Assembly (NCBI GenBank): GCA_964453155.1
Contig: CAYVQU010000006.1
Span: 5,059-69,058, forward strand
Reading direction: 5' to 3'
From: an uncultured Anaerolineales bacterium
GTDB taxonomy: Bacteria > Chloroflexota > Anaerolineae > Anaerolineales > UBA11858
DNA length: 64,000 nucleotides
A program made the position numbers and the translations under genes. The stretch's first letter is position 1; every line of letters starts with the position of its first letter. This document shows positions 40,654 to 48,906 of this stretch, in pieces. The notes beneath the pieces are model-generated. The model saw nothing but the letters and a program-made list of their open reading frames with translations, had not been told where the DNA came from and did no database searches.

Positions 40654-42560
40654 GTGAGAATAGTGGGAAGTGGATAGTGGGCAGTGGGAAGTGGGCGGTT
40701 GATTGGGCTGTGATTTGGGACAATATCAAGGAACTGGTGATTCACGCGGTTGGGCAGGTGCGGATTTGGAAGAATATATATGGGGGGATCATGCACTTCC
40801 TGATTTTCTGGGGAGTCCTGATTCAGGTCGTGGGTACGGCGATCAATATCCAACAGATGGCGCTATTTACCCCCTGGGCACTCACCTGGCCCCGAGAAAG
40901 CTTTTACCTGACGTATGAATTTTTGATGGATTTGGCCGGGGTTTTCATCCTGGTGGGGATCATCATGGCGTTTGTGCGCCGGTTGATCACCAAACCAACA
41001 CATTTGGGATCAAAATGGGATGATTATTACGTCCTGACGATGTTTTTGCTGATCGCTATCGCCGGATTCTTCAATGAATCAATGCGTCTGATATCGGTCA
41101 ATCCCCAGTGGCGAGAAATATCATTCTTTGGCAATCTAGTCGCCAGTGGGCTGGAGGGCATGGGGGTTACGCAGCAAGTCGCGTTCCGCCTGCAGCCTGT
41201 CTTTTTATTCCTTCACATGGGATTGGCTATCACCCTGACGATCAGCCTGCCCTTCACCAAACTGCGCCATTTGGTGATGACTCCGTGGAACATCATCCGC
41301 CGCCCGCGCCGAGAGATGGGCGCCCTGGAAAAAATTGAAGATATCGAAGAGACCGAGATTTTGGGCCGCACCCAAATCAATGAATTTGCCCCTCAACAAT
41401 TACTCTCTTTCGAAGCCTGTCTTGACTGTGGGCGCTGCGAGGAAGTCTGTCCAGCCACGATGGCCGGGATGAATTATTCCCCGCGAACGCTGATCCAGTC
41501 GTTACGCGGTTTTTTCGCCGAGGAACTGATCCAACCCAATGGTAATGGACATAAAGAACTTAATGCCGACTCAGTTGGGGAAGATTTATGGGGCTGCACG
41601 ACTTGTGGGGCCTGCCTGACCCGCTGCCCAGCCTTGATCAACCCGCCGGAGCAAGTCGTTGAGTTACGTCGGGCACAAGTCTTGATGACAGGCCAAATGT
41701 CCAAGCAGGTTGGCGATACCCTGCGAAACTTCGAACGGCAGGGCAATCCGTGGGGAATGCCGCCGGAAAACCGGTTAGCATGGGCGGAGGGAATGAATGT
41801 CCGCGAGCTGGCTCCTGGTGACGAGGTCGATGTACTCCTGTATATTGGCTGCGCGGGCGCCTACGATGACCGCAACAAAAATGTCACCCAATCTTTCGTG
41901 CGGCTGCTCCAAAAAGCGGCGGTTGATTTTGGGGTTTTGGGTTTCGATGAGATGTGCTGCGGCGAAACGGCCCGACGGATGGGACACGAATATATTTTCC
42001 AGGTCTTTGCTGAGCAAAACATTGAAATATTTGAATCCGTCAAATTCAATCGAATCGTCACCCAATGTCCGCACTGCTTTAACACGCTGAAGAATGAGTA
42101 TCCCCAGATGGGAGGCGAGTATGAAGTGCTGCACTACGCCGAGTTTTTGAATGATTTGAGAGCAAACGGAAATTTAGGGGAGTGGGGACAGGGGAGCAAG
42201 GAGGCCGGGGAAAAACTAGCCTACCACGATTCGTGTTACTTGGGTCGGTATAATAATCTCTTCGAGGCCCCGCGGGAATTGTTAGATGCCGCCGGAGCAA
42301 ATCGGACTGAATTTAAACGACACGGTGAGAATAGTTTTTGCTGCGGAGCTGGGGGCGGTGGGATGTGGATTGAGGTCGATCCGGACACTCGCATCAACCA
42401 GAACCGGTTGGAGCAAGCTTTGGCGGCCAAGGCAAAAACCGTTGCGACCGCCTGTCCATACTGCCTGATCATGTTTGATGACGCGGTACGATCAAAGGGT
42501 GTTGGGGAGGAGATTCAGATACTGGATATCGCCGAAGTTTTAGAAAGGCACTTAGACTGA
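40650..42560 (+). CDS. Membrane HdrDE/DsrMK-like fusion (NarI-like heme-b TM domain, 2x[4Fe-4S], 2 CCG), paralog of 24404..26446
   Basis: IMHFLIFWG, LFLHMGLAI, CLDCGRCEEVCP, CTTCGACLTRCP, MCCGETA, DSCYLGRY, FCCGAGGGG. The GTG start has a GGGAGGTGA RBS and overlaps the Rieske stop (GTGA). Confidence 0.8.
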   Translation: MSENSGKWIVGSGKWAVDWAVIWDNIKELVIHAVGQVRIWKNIYGGIMHFLIFWGVLIQVVGTAINIQQMALFTPWALTWPRESFYLTYEFLMDLAGVFILVGIIMAFVRRLITKPTHLGSKWDDYYVLTMFLLIAIAGFFNESMRLISVNPQWREISFFGNLVASGLEGMGVTQQVAFRLQPVFLFLHMGLAITLTISLPFTKLRHLVMTPWNIIRRPRREMGALEKIEDIEETEILGRTQINEFAPQQLLSFEACLDCGRCEEVCPATMAGMNYSPRTLIQSLRGFFAEELIQPNGNGHKELNADSVGEDLWGCTTCGACLTRCPALINPPEQVVELRRAQVLMTGQMSKQVGDTLRNFERQGNPWGMPPENRLAWAEGMNVRELAPGDEVDVLLYIGCAGAYDDRNKNVTQSFVRLLQKAAVDFGVLGFDEMCCGETARRMGHEYIFQVFAEQNIEIFESVKFNRIVTQCPHCFNTLKNEYPQMGGEYEVLHYAEFLNDLRANGNLGEWGQGSKEAGEKLAYHDSCYLGRYNNLFEAPRELLDAAGANRTEFKRHGENSFCCGAGGGGMWIEVDPDTRINQNRLEQALAAKAKTVATACPYCLIMFDDAVRSKGVGEEIQILDIAEVLERHLD

Positions 42561-42583
42561 GTGTTTGGCAACCACAAATATTT

Positions 42584-42617
42584 CTCCCGAAGGTATTAAG
42601 CCTTCGGGAGTTTTTTT
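42584..42617 (+). terminator. Intrinsic terminator after the HdrDE-like gene
   Basis: CTCCCGAAGG-TATTAAG-CCTTCGGGAG followed by TTTTTTT. Confidence 0.9.
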
Positions 42618-42662
42618 AGACGAAGATATTCCGCACATTGTTGAAAAAAGTGTGAGTACCCC

Positions 42663-42760
42663 AGACCCCAGGGGTTTTCAAAAACAACATTACACCCCCA
42701 AGCTGTGATGCTATTGACAGATTTCGATCATAGAGTGTTCCCCGGAAACCCCTGGGGTCT
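42663..42760. repeat. Terminal-inverted-repeat (TIR) element family 2, copy E1 (98 bp)
   Basis: AGACCCCAGGGGTTT (42663-42677) and AAACCCCTGGGGTCT (42746-42760) form a perfect 15-bp inverted repeat. The left interior ACAACATT resembles copy E2. Confidence 0.75.
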
Positions 42761-42789
42761 CCGATTTTACACTGTAATAATAATCAAAC

Positions 42790-43125
42790 TTATGAAAACA
42801 CCTGATCGTCAAAATAATATCCCCGGCCACGACAATTTTTCACATATCTGGGATTGGCAGGATCCGGCTCGATTTTCCGGCGCAGACGAGCAATATTGAT
42901 GCGTAATAATTCAGGATAATCATACCCAGACCCCCAAACTGCGGCCAATAATTCATCATTCGATATGGGTTTCCCAGGCCTTTCAAGTAAACGCCCCAAC
43001 AAGCGGAACTCAGTCGGCGTTAGTTTAGATTCTTTCCCAACGATCGTTACAGTCTGATTTTTCACATCTACCAAGACTGCGCTCATCATTGGAATATTGT
43101 GTTGCATTTCTGACACATTCATCAT
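42790..43125 (-). CDS. Stand-alone OmpR/PhoB-type winged-helix DNA-binding protein (no receiver domain)
   Basis: LTPTEFRLLGRLLERPGKPISNDELLAAVWG...INIARLRRKIE...VKNCRGRGYYF. ATG at 43125 is preceded by AGGAGG; the ORF-track start is 43170. Confidence 0.75.
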   Translation of the reverse strand: MMNVSEMQHNIPMMSAVLVDVKNQTVTIVGKESKLTPTEFRLLGRLLERPGKPISNDELLAAVWGSGYDYPELLRINIARLRRKIEPDPANPRYVKNCRGRGYYFDDQVFS

Positions 43126-43450
43126 GGTATCCCTCCTAAAACTACTATTTGGCAACATTGAAATCGTCATTTTTCTCCTATCTAAAAGTATCTCATCGAT
43201 AAGACCAATATTAGACTGGTTATTCAGTTGAGCAATATTTTTTTAAAGAATCATACGAACCATATGGGATCAAAAAAAACAGTGATGAGGCTAAAAGGGT
43301 CATTCGCAACTAGGGCGCGCGAACAACCCCGTTCTACCTTACCATTTTTAATTTTGGCATATATTGGGTTCGATTGAAATACGTAAAATTACGGTATTGG
43401 GGGATTGGTTCGTTTGTTGGATAGTTGGTTGGTTACGACGAACGGTGGGA

Positions 43451-44107
43451 CTATTTCATTCCCGGCGGTTGAATCCCTCTTTCAATAGCAAACCGCACCA
43501 ATTCGGCAGTAGATCTGAACCGCAGCTTCTTCATCAGATTAGCCCGGTGCATTTCTACAGTTCGGGGACTAAGCGAGAGACGTTGCGCAATCTGCCGGTT
43601 GGTCAGGCCTTCAGTAACCAAATATAAGATCTGTTGCTCGCGGAAAGTTAGGGTCTTCTGGCGCGCGGACGAATCTTTGATTGCTAATTGTTGATAGTTT
43701 TCAAGTAGATTTTCCGATAGAGGCGGGCTGAGATATTTTCGTCCTTGCAGAACAGCATTTATGGCTGCAATTAAATCTGAGGAGGCTGAGCGTTTTAGCA
43801 CATAGGCTTGGGCTCCTGCCTGAAGGGCCTCGGCCACATAGGCTTCTGTAGCGTGCATAGACAGGATGATCACTTGGGTCCGCACAGCCGCGCGTTGAAT
43901 CTGGCGGGCAATTTCCAAACCGCCGATTCCCGGAAGCACCAAATCAAGTATGATGAGCGCGGGTTCATATTTTTTAACTAGGGGCAAGACGGCCAAACCG
44001 TCTCCGGTTTCAGCGATTATTTCCAAAGCAGGTTGGGCACTAATCACCCCCCTAAGACCATCCCTAACGATGGGATGGTCATCTGCCAAAATGATTTTAA
44101 CGCTCAT
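43451..44107 (-). CDS. NarL/LuxR-family response regulator
   Basis: MSVKIILADDHPIVRDGL..LIILDLVLPG is the REC domain; LTFREQQILYLVTEGLTNRQIAQRLSLSPRTVEMH is the LuxR HTH. The internal ATG at 44107 overlaps the kinase stop. Confidence 0.9.
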   Translation of the reverse strand: MSVKIILADDHPIVRDGLRGVISAQPALEIIAETGDGLAVLPLVKKYEPALIILDLVLPGIGGLEIARQIQRAAVRTQVIILSMHATEAYVAEALQAGAQAYVLKRSASSDLIAAINAVLQGRKYLSPPLSENLLENYQQLAIKDSSARQKTLTFREQQILYLVTEGLTNRQIAQRLSLSPRTVEMHRANLMKKLRFRSTAELVRFAIERGIQPPGMK

Positions 44108-46589
44108 AATCGTTTTCATCTCCGAGAACATCAATTGGCAGGGTAGCCATAATCGTGGTGCCATCACCCGGGGATGATCCGATTTCAAATTGGCCACCCA
44201 ACCAAGTAACCCGCTCACGCATTCCTATAATGCCCCCCGCAGTCGTACTCTGGAGTACGGCTTCATGATCAAATCCTACGCCGCGATCCTCGATTTGAAT
44301 ATGGGTTTGTCGATCAGCCACCCAGAGCTGCACCGCCACTTGATCTACTTTGGCATGGCGAGCAACATTTGTGAGGGCTTCTTGAACAATCCGGTAGGCT
44401 GCAATTTCAACTGCAGGAGAAAAGCGTTGATTCAAATTACGATGATCAAAATCAACCTGGATTTTCATGCGTTCCGCATACCGCTGGAAATGCCAGTTCA
44501 AGGTTGGTAATAACCCTAAATCGTCCAGTAATGTGGGTCTCAAATCCAGAGAAAGTTCATGCACCTTATCCAGCAATTCGATTGCGATTTCTTGGGCATT
44601 CCGAATAGATTGGGCCAGCAATGAAGGCTGATTCAAACCAGTATCCAAAAGCAAGTTGAGACCGGTGAGTTCTTGTCCAATTTCATCATGAAGTTCATGC
44701 GCAATGCGCCGTCTTTCGATCTCCTGGATCTCACCAATCCGCTGAGATAGTGCTTGGGCGCGTACCCGCATATCGTGTTCGGCTTTCTCGGCCCGTTTTC
44801 TTTGGGTAATTTCGGTAGCAATCCCCTCTACAATCAAGCTCTGATCTTCAGTACGGATTCCAAAAGAACGATCTCGGAACCAAAGCCATTTTCCTTGGGC
44901 ATTCTTGATACGGTACTCGATATCAAAATTTTCTCTATTCGCCACAAGCTCAATAACTTTGATAATTTTTTCTTGATCATCTGGATGAATACTCTGTTTC
45001 CACAACATCGGATTTTCGAGGAGATATTCGGGAGAATACCCTAAAATCGATTCGACCCCTTGGGAATAAAAAAGGCCTCCGGTTTGTAACGAAAAAGCAT
45101 AAACAATATCGGGCGCACCTTCAACCAGATTACGATAACGCTCCTCACTCACTTTGAGTCGTGATTCAATCTGAATCCGATCATCAATTTCGCTCCTGAG
45201 TTTGCGATTTAATTGGTCTAGTTTTTGGGTGCGTTCAACTACTAGCCCCTCTAGATGTTCGCGATACTGGTGTAACTCATCCTGAGTTTGTTTCAGTCTC
45301 GTAATATCTTGAACAAAGGCATAAGTCACAATTTCATCATTCAATTGCAATGTGGTAACCGTCACATCCATTGGGAATTCGGTTCCATCCCGCCGCAGCC
45401 CAGATATCCCGTATCGTGAGGGAACCTGCTCCCCACGTTCCCTGGTGAGATTATAATTGCGAACTTTTTCTCGACTTCCGGGGGGAAGGCGGTCGATTAA
45501 AGAAGTGCCTTTCATTTCATCGGGATGGTCAAAACCGAACATCTGCGCGCAAGCCCAATTGACATACAGATAAGTCCCGTCTTTTGAAACCGCCACAGCA
45601 GTGGGCGAATCATTAAATAAAGCTCGATATCGAGCTTCGCTCTCCCTTAGGGTGATCTCAACTCGCTTACATTCCAAAATCTCGCAATTGGCAGCTTCGT
45701 AAAGTTGGGCATTGCGGATCGCGATTGCGGCATGGTTGGCAAATAAACTCAACAGCTCAGCATTTTCAGGGGTGAATTTTCTCGGCGGATCCGCAAAAAC
45801 ATCCAAGACACCCAAAAAATCGGACCCTGAACATACCGGGACACCGACATCCGCCCGAGAGCCTAAATATTCCACCCAGTGTGGTAAATGACCTTCCCAG
45901 TTTGAATAATCAGAAATGATTAAAGGTTCGCCCGTTTCCCATATCTGACCACTGAAACCTTCACCGCGCTGAATATAAGTATTTTGCGGTACTGAGGCGA
46001 TACCCGCATAAATCGAATATTGGAGGCAATCCAGATCTGGCTGATAAAGGGCGATACCGCCCGCGGTCCCAGCCAGCAATTCAACTGCTTTTGAAACAAT
46101 CGACTGTAATAGTTTCTCTAGATCAAGCTCTGCCGCGATTTCTAAATTGATTGCCTGCAGTGCTGCTAATTTGGCAGTCTCCCGGGTTAAGGACTCTTCC
46201 GCGTTTTTTACCCGCAGTCCCGCCTGCACTCTGGCCTGTAACTCACGATTAGATACTGGCCGGGCGATGTAATCATCAGCCCCGGCTTCCAAACCGGCTG
46301 CCCGTTGCTCAGAAGTGATCTCTGCACCCGAATACAAAATGACGTAAATATCTTCCAATTCGAGATCCGACTTGATTTGCTTACAAACCTCAATCCCATG
46401 GCGATCCGGCAAGATGATGTCAAGGAGCACCAAATCAACCGGGATCGTCCGGGCTAACTCGATCGCTTCGGTTCCAGTTTCAGCACCGATACAGGTATAG
46501 CCGCCGCGGCCTAAGGTCTGCAAGGTCGCGGTGAGATTCTCGCGAGTATCATCGACTACTAGAATCTGAGGGTGATCAGGCGAGGTCAT
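44097..46589 (-). CDS. Hybrid sensor kinase REC-GAF-PAS(x2-3)-HisKA_3-HATPase
   Basis: ILVVDDTRENL..LVLLDIILPD is the REC domain. GAF and PAS segments follow. The H-box is HELHDEIGQELTG (NarX/LiaS type). RGVGF is present. ATG at 46589 preferred. Confidence 0.85.
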   Translation of the reverse strand: MTSPDHPQILVVDDTRENLTATLQTLGRGGYTCIGAETGTEAIELARTIPVDLVLLDIILPDRHGIEVCKQIKSDLELEDIYVILYSGAEITSEQRAAGLEAGADDYIARPVSNRELQARVQAGLRVKNAEESLTRETAKLAALQAINLEIAAELDLEKLLQSIVSKAVELLAGTAGGIALYQPDLDCLQYSIYAGIASVPQNTYIQRGEGFSGQIWETGEPLIISDYSNWEGHLPHWVEYLGSRADVGVPVCSGSDFLGVLDVFADPPRKFTPENAELLSLFANHAAIAIRNAQLYEAANCEILECKRVEITLRESEARYRALFNDSPTAVAVSKDGTYLYVNWACAQMFGFDHPDEMKGTSLIDRLPPGSREKVRNYNLTRERGEQVPSRYGISGLRRDGTEFPMDVTVTTLQLNDEIVTYAFVQDITRLKQTQDELHQYREHLEGLVVERTQKLDQLNRKLRSEIDDRIQIESRLKVSEERYRNLVEGAPDIVYAFSLQTGGLFYSQGVESILGYSPEYLLENPMLWKQSIHPDDQEKIIKVIELVANRENFDIEYRIKNAQGKWLWFRDRSFGIRTEDQSLIVEGIATEITQRKRAEKAEHDMRVRAQALSQRIGEIQEIERRRIAHELHDEIGQELTGLNLLLDTGLNQPSLLAQSIRNAQEIAIELLDKVHELSLDLRPTLLDDLGLLPTLNWHFQRYAERMKIQVDFDHRNLNQRFSPAVEIAAYRIVQEALTNVARHAKVDQVAVQLWVADRQTHIQIEDRGVGFDHEAVLQSTTAGGIIGMRERVTWLGGQFEIGSSPGDGTTIMATLPIDVLGDENDYER

Positions 46590-47199
46590 AATATCCCTTT
46601 CCGCCGCAGGTCTGGCATAAAACCTGTTCATTGATATGGATTTCACGTTCGTTCATAATTTCTTCTTTACAAGTCTCACAGATCACCCGCCGACCAGCGA
46701 CGCTAATTATTTCATTCATAGATGATTTCAAGCAAATGGGTTGTACCGCGAGCAATTCGGAAACCGGCATGACCTGATAACCTTCTAATTGAGCCTGGTA
46801 TCTGGTATTCGAATGCCAGGCATACGCCCAGGCTCGAGTGCGGACATCGGGTTTAGGAGCCAGCCGCAGCGCTTGATGGGTATCGGTATTCACAAATGTG
46901 GCCGCCACTTTGCCAAAATCGACGATGCGCAGTGTTCGGTGGCCGATGGTACAACCAGTCGCCACTTCCACCGCGTCCGCGAAACAACCATCGGTTTCAA
47001 CGATGACCATCAGGTGTCTCTCAAGATCAGAACCTGACAGGTTCAACAAAGCCAGGCCATACAACCCCATCCGCACCCCCAAAACCTGCCGCGGGCAAAG
47101 TTTAGTATGCCGAACAGCGGACCGGGCCAATAAGGTTGATAAGTTTGCCTCATCAGTCAAATCATTTTTTATGCTGAAATCTGATTGTAAAACAGTCAT
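46576..47199 (-). CDS. FmdE-family protein with C-terminal zinc ribbon
   Basis: LCPRQVLGVRMG...ETDGCFADAVEVATGCTIGHRTLRIVDFGKVAATF is the FmdE fold; CETC...CQTCGG is the ribbon. ATG at 47199 with a GGAGG RBS. Confidence 0.75.
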   Translation of the reverse strand: MTVLQSDFSIKNDLTDEANLSTLLARSAVRHTKLCPRQVLGVRMGLYGLALLNLSGSDLERHLMVIVETDGCFADAVEVATGCTIGHRTLRIVDFGKVAATFVNTDTHQALRLAPKPDVRTRAWAYAWHSNTRYQAQLEGYQVMPVSELLAVQPICLKSSMNEIISVAGRRVICETCKEEIMNEREIHINEQVLCQTCGGKGYYDLA

Positions 47200-47269
47200 T
47201 GCAGCCTCCAATTTTTCCGGATACTACGGTCCCCCAAATCCAGTTTCCGGGAAAATGGCTCAAATAAAT

Positions 47270-48181
47270 TTAGAATCCTTCCCGCCGATAAAATCCATAA
47301 AAAAGATACCGACCTAACACTTCCGAAACTACAATCAACCCAAACCCCAAAATAATAATGAGCAAACTTAACTCCAAACCCAACGACCCGATCAAAATGC
47401 CGGCGCCACTCCATAACGTCAAAAATCGCCCCGCCAGTATTGGGCGTAAACCTGTCCACACTAATCGACTGCTTTCAGCCGCAATACCACGCTGACCTTT
47501 CAAGCTCAGGATTGTTATGAGATAGATTCCCGTTTGGATCCCTGCCAATATAATGATCAGCATTATCGAAACCTGAAATACATCTGGTGGCATCATATTC
47601 ACTGCATAAATTTCATCCCAAAATATCGACCCCGTCTGAATTCCAGTCGTCAGTACTAGGCCTAACAAAAATGTGGTGGTAAAGAAAGTGCCTGGCGTAC
47701 CCCAATTGTTCCAGGCTGGAACCGTGCGGAGCATATATAATTTCGAGATGACCGCGACCAAACCTAAACCGCTGGTCATACCTAAAAGGATCAAGACCCC
47801 ATCGAAGATGGAGAATTCAGCGCCATAAAATTGACGCAATAGCAAGCAAAAATTCACGATTCCAAAAAATCCCCCGAACAAGGCTTCGCGGCTTAACCAG
47901 GATGTCCGAACATTGGTAAATGAAAACCGAGCATTTAGCGGACGCCCTAAGTGCATTCCGGCAGACCCGGTTCCTAAAACCAAACAAGTCAGTGCAATCG
48001 TAAAAAAAACCTGGAGATAACCTGGCCCAGCAAAAGAGTACCAACCTGGAAACAACAAAATTGCCAATCCCCCACTGACAAAAATCCCCACCGACATCTG
48101 GGTCAAAATCGTAAAGAACACCAACTGCCACTCATGACGGATGCGCCCATTAGGATGGTTGGTGCCACCGCGTGCAACCAT
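47270..48181 (-). CDS. DmsC-like membrane anchor subunit
   Basis: HEWQLVFFTILTQMSVGIF followed by about 8 TM helices. Start is 1 nt after the dmsB-like stop. Confidence 0.7.
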   Translation of the reverse strand: MVARGGTNHPNGRIRHEWQLVFFTILTQMSVGIFVSGGLAILLFPGWYSFAGPGYLQVFFTIALTCLVLGTGSAGMHLGRPLNARFSFTNVRTSWLSREALFGGFFGIVNFCLLLRQFYGAEFSIFDGVLILLGMTSGLGLVAVISKLYMLRTVPAWNNWGTPGTFFTTTFLLGLVLTTGIQTGSIFWDEIYAVNMMPPDVFQVSIMLIIILAGIQTGIYLITILSLKGQRGIAAESSRLVWTGLRPILAGRFLTLWSGAGILIGSLGLELSLLIIILGFGLIVVSEVLGRYLFYGFYRREGF

Positions 48182-48182
48182 C

Positions 48183-48803
48183 TTAAATTTCCTCCCAATT
48201 ACCAATTCTACCGGTGGCTTCTGAGCCACAAACCGCATCAGGATGGGGAGTCACCACCAAGGCAGGGTGGGTGAGATTTGAGTCCGGTAATGGATAGATA
48301 TCTTTACCAGAACCATATTTGGCCCGAAGTTCATCGATATCGCCAAAGTGTAGCACCCGCATCTGGCAGGCGGATACACACGCAGGTGATTTTCCTGCAC
48401 GAAGGAAATCCACACAAAAATCACATTTTGTCATCACCCCCTGGGTAGAATTAAATTGGGGGGCTTTATATGGGCAGGCCATCGCACAATATTTACACCC
48501 CATGCAGCGCTCAGAATCGATCAATACGATACCGTCGTCTTTTTGGGTGATCGCGTGGTTGGGGCATACTTCGGCACAAATGGGAACCTGACAATGATTA
48601 CAAGCGACCGATATAAAATAGGCAAACGCAGTCGTCAGCCAGGCGGCATTGCGGGGTAACCAATCACCGCCCTGCGACTCCACCACTCGCCGCCACAAAA
48701 CCCCCACCGGTAAGTTGTTTTTATCCTTACAGGCAATCTGACAGGCTTTGCAACCCGTGCAAGAAGCTGTATCAATGTAGAAACCGTAACGGATGTAACT
48801 CAT
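48183..48803 (-). CDS. DmsB-like 4x[4Fe-4S] electron-transfer subunit
   Basis: MSYIRYGFYIDTASCTGCKACQIACKD, CNHCQVPICAEVCP, CMGCKYCAMACP, CDFC...C. ATG at 48803; the ORF-track start at 48890 lies inside a repeat element. Confidence 0.9.
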   Translation of the reverse strand: MSYIRYGFYIDTASCTGCKACQIACKDKNNLPVGVLWRRVVESQGGDWLPRNAAWLTTAFAYFISVACNHCQVPICAEVCPNHAITQKDDGIVLIDSERCMGCKYCAMACPYKAPQFNSTQGVMTKCDFCVDFLRAGKSPACVSACQMRVLHFGDIDELRAKYGSGKDIYPLPDSNLTHPALVVTPHPDAVCGSEATGRIGNWEEI

Positions 48804-48838
48804 AATAAGTGGAAAATGGTTAAAAATATTTCTGATAG

Positions 48839-48903
48839 AGACCCCAGGGGTTTTACAACGTTCAGGTCCATCTGCTTGCGACCTTTGCAAACCCCTGGGG
48901 TCT
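48839..48903. repeat. TIR element family 2, copy E2 (65 bp)
   Basis: It has the same 15-bp termini, AGACCCCAGGGGTTT and AAACCCCTGGGGTCT. It fills most of the dmsA-like/dmsB-like intercistronic gap. Confidence 0.75.
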
Positions 48904-48906
48904 GGC

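Noticed and set aside
42558-42662. A possible seventh, interrupted copy of repeat family 1, with GAGTGTTTGGC at 42559 and AAGTGTGAG at 42648.
   Set aside because: Only the first ~12 nt match. The two hairpins and the GCAGATTTCGGTTTGAAC core are absent, and the region is occupied by a standard terminator. I mention it only in the stop-codon-junction finding.
43366-43376. GGGTTCGATTG, which resembles a tRNA T-loop (GGTTCGAAT).
   Set aside because: The flanking sequence provides no T-stem complement, acceptor stem or anticodon arm. I could not fold a cloverleaf.
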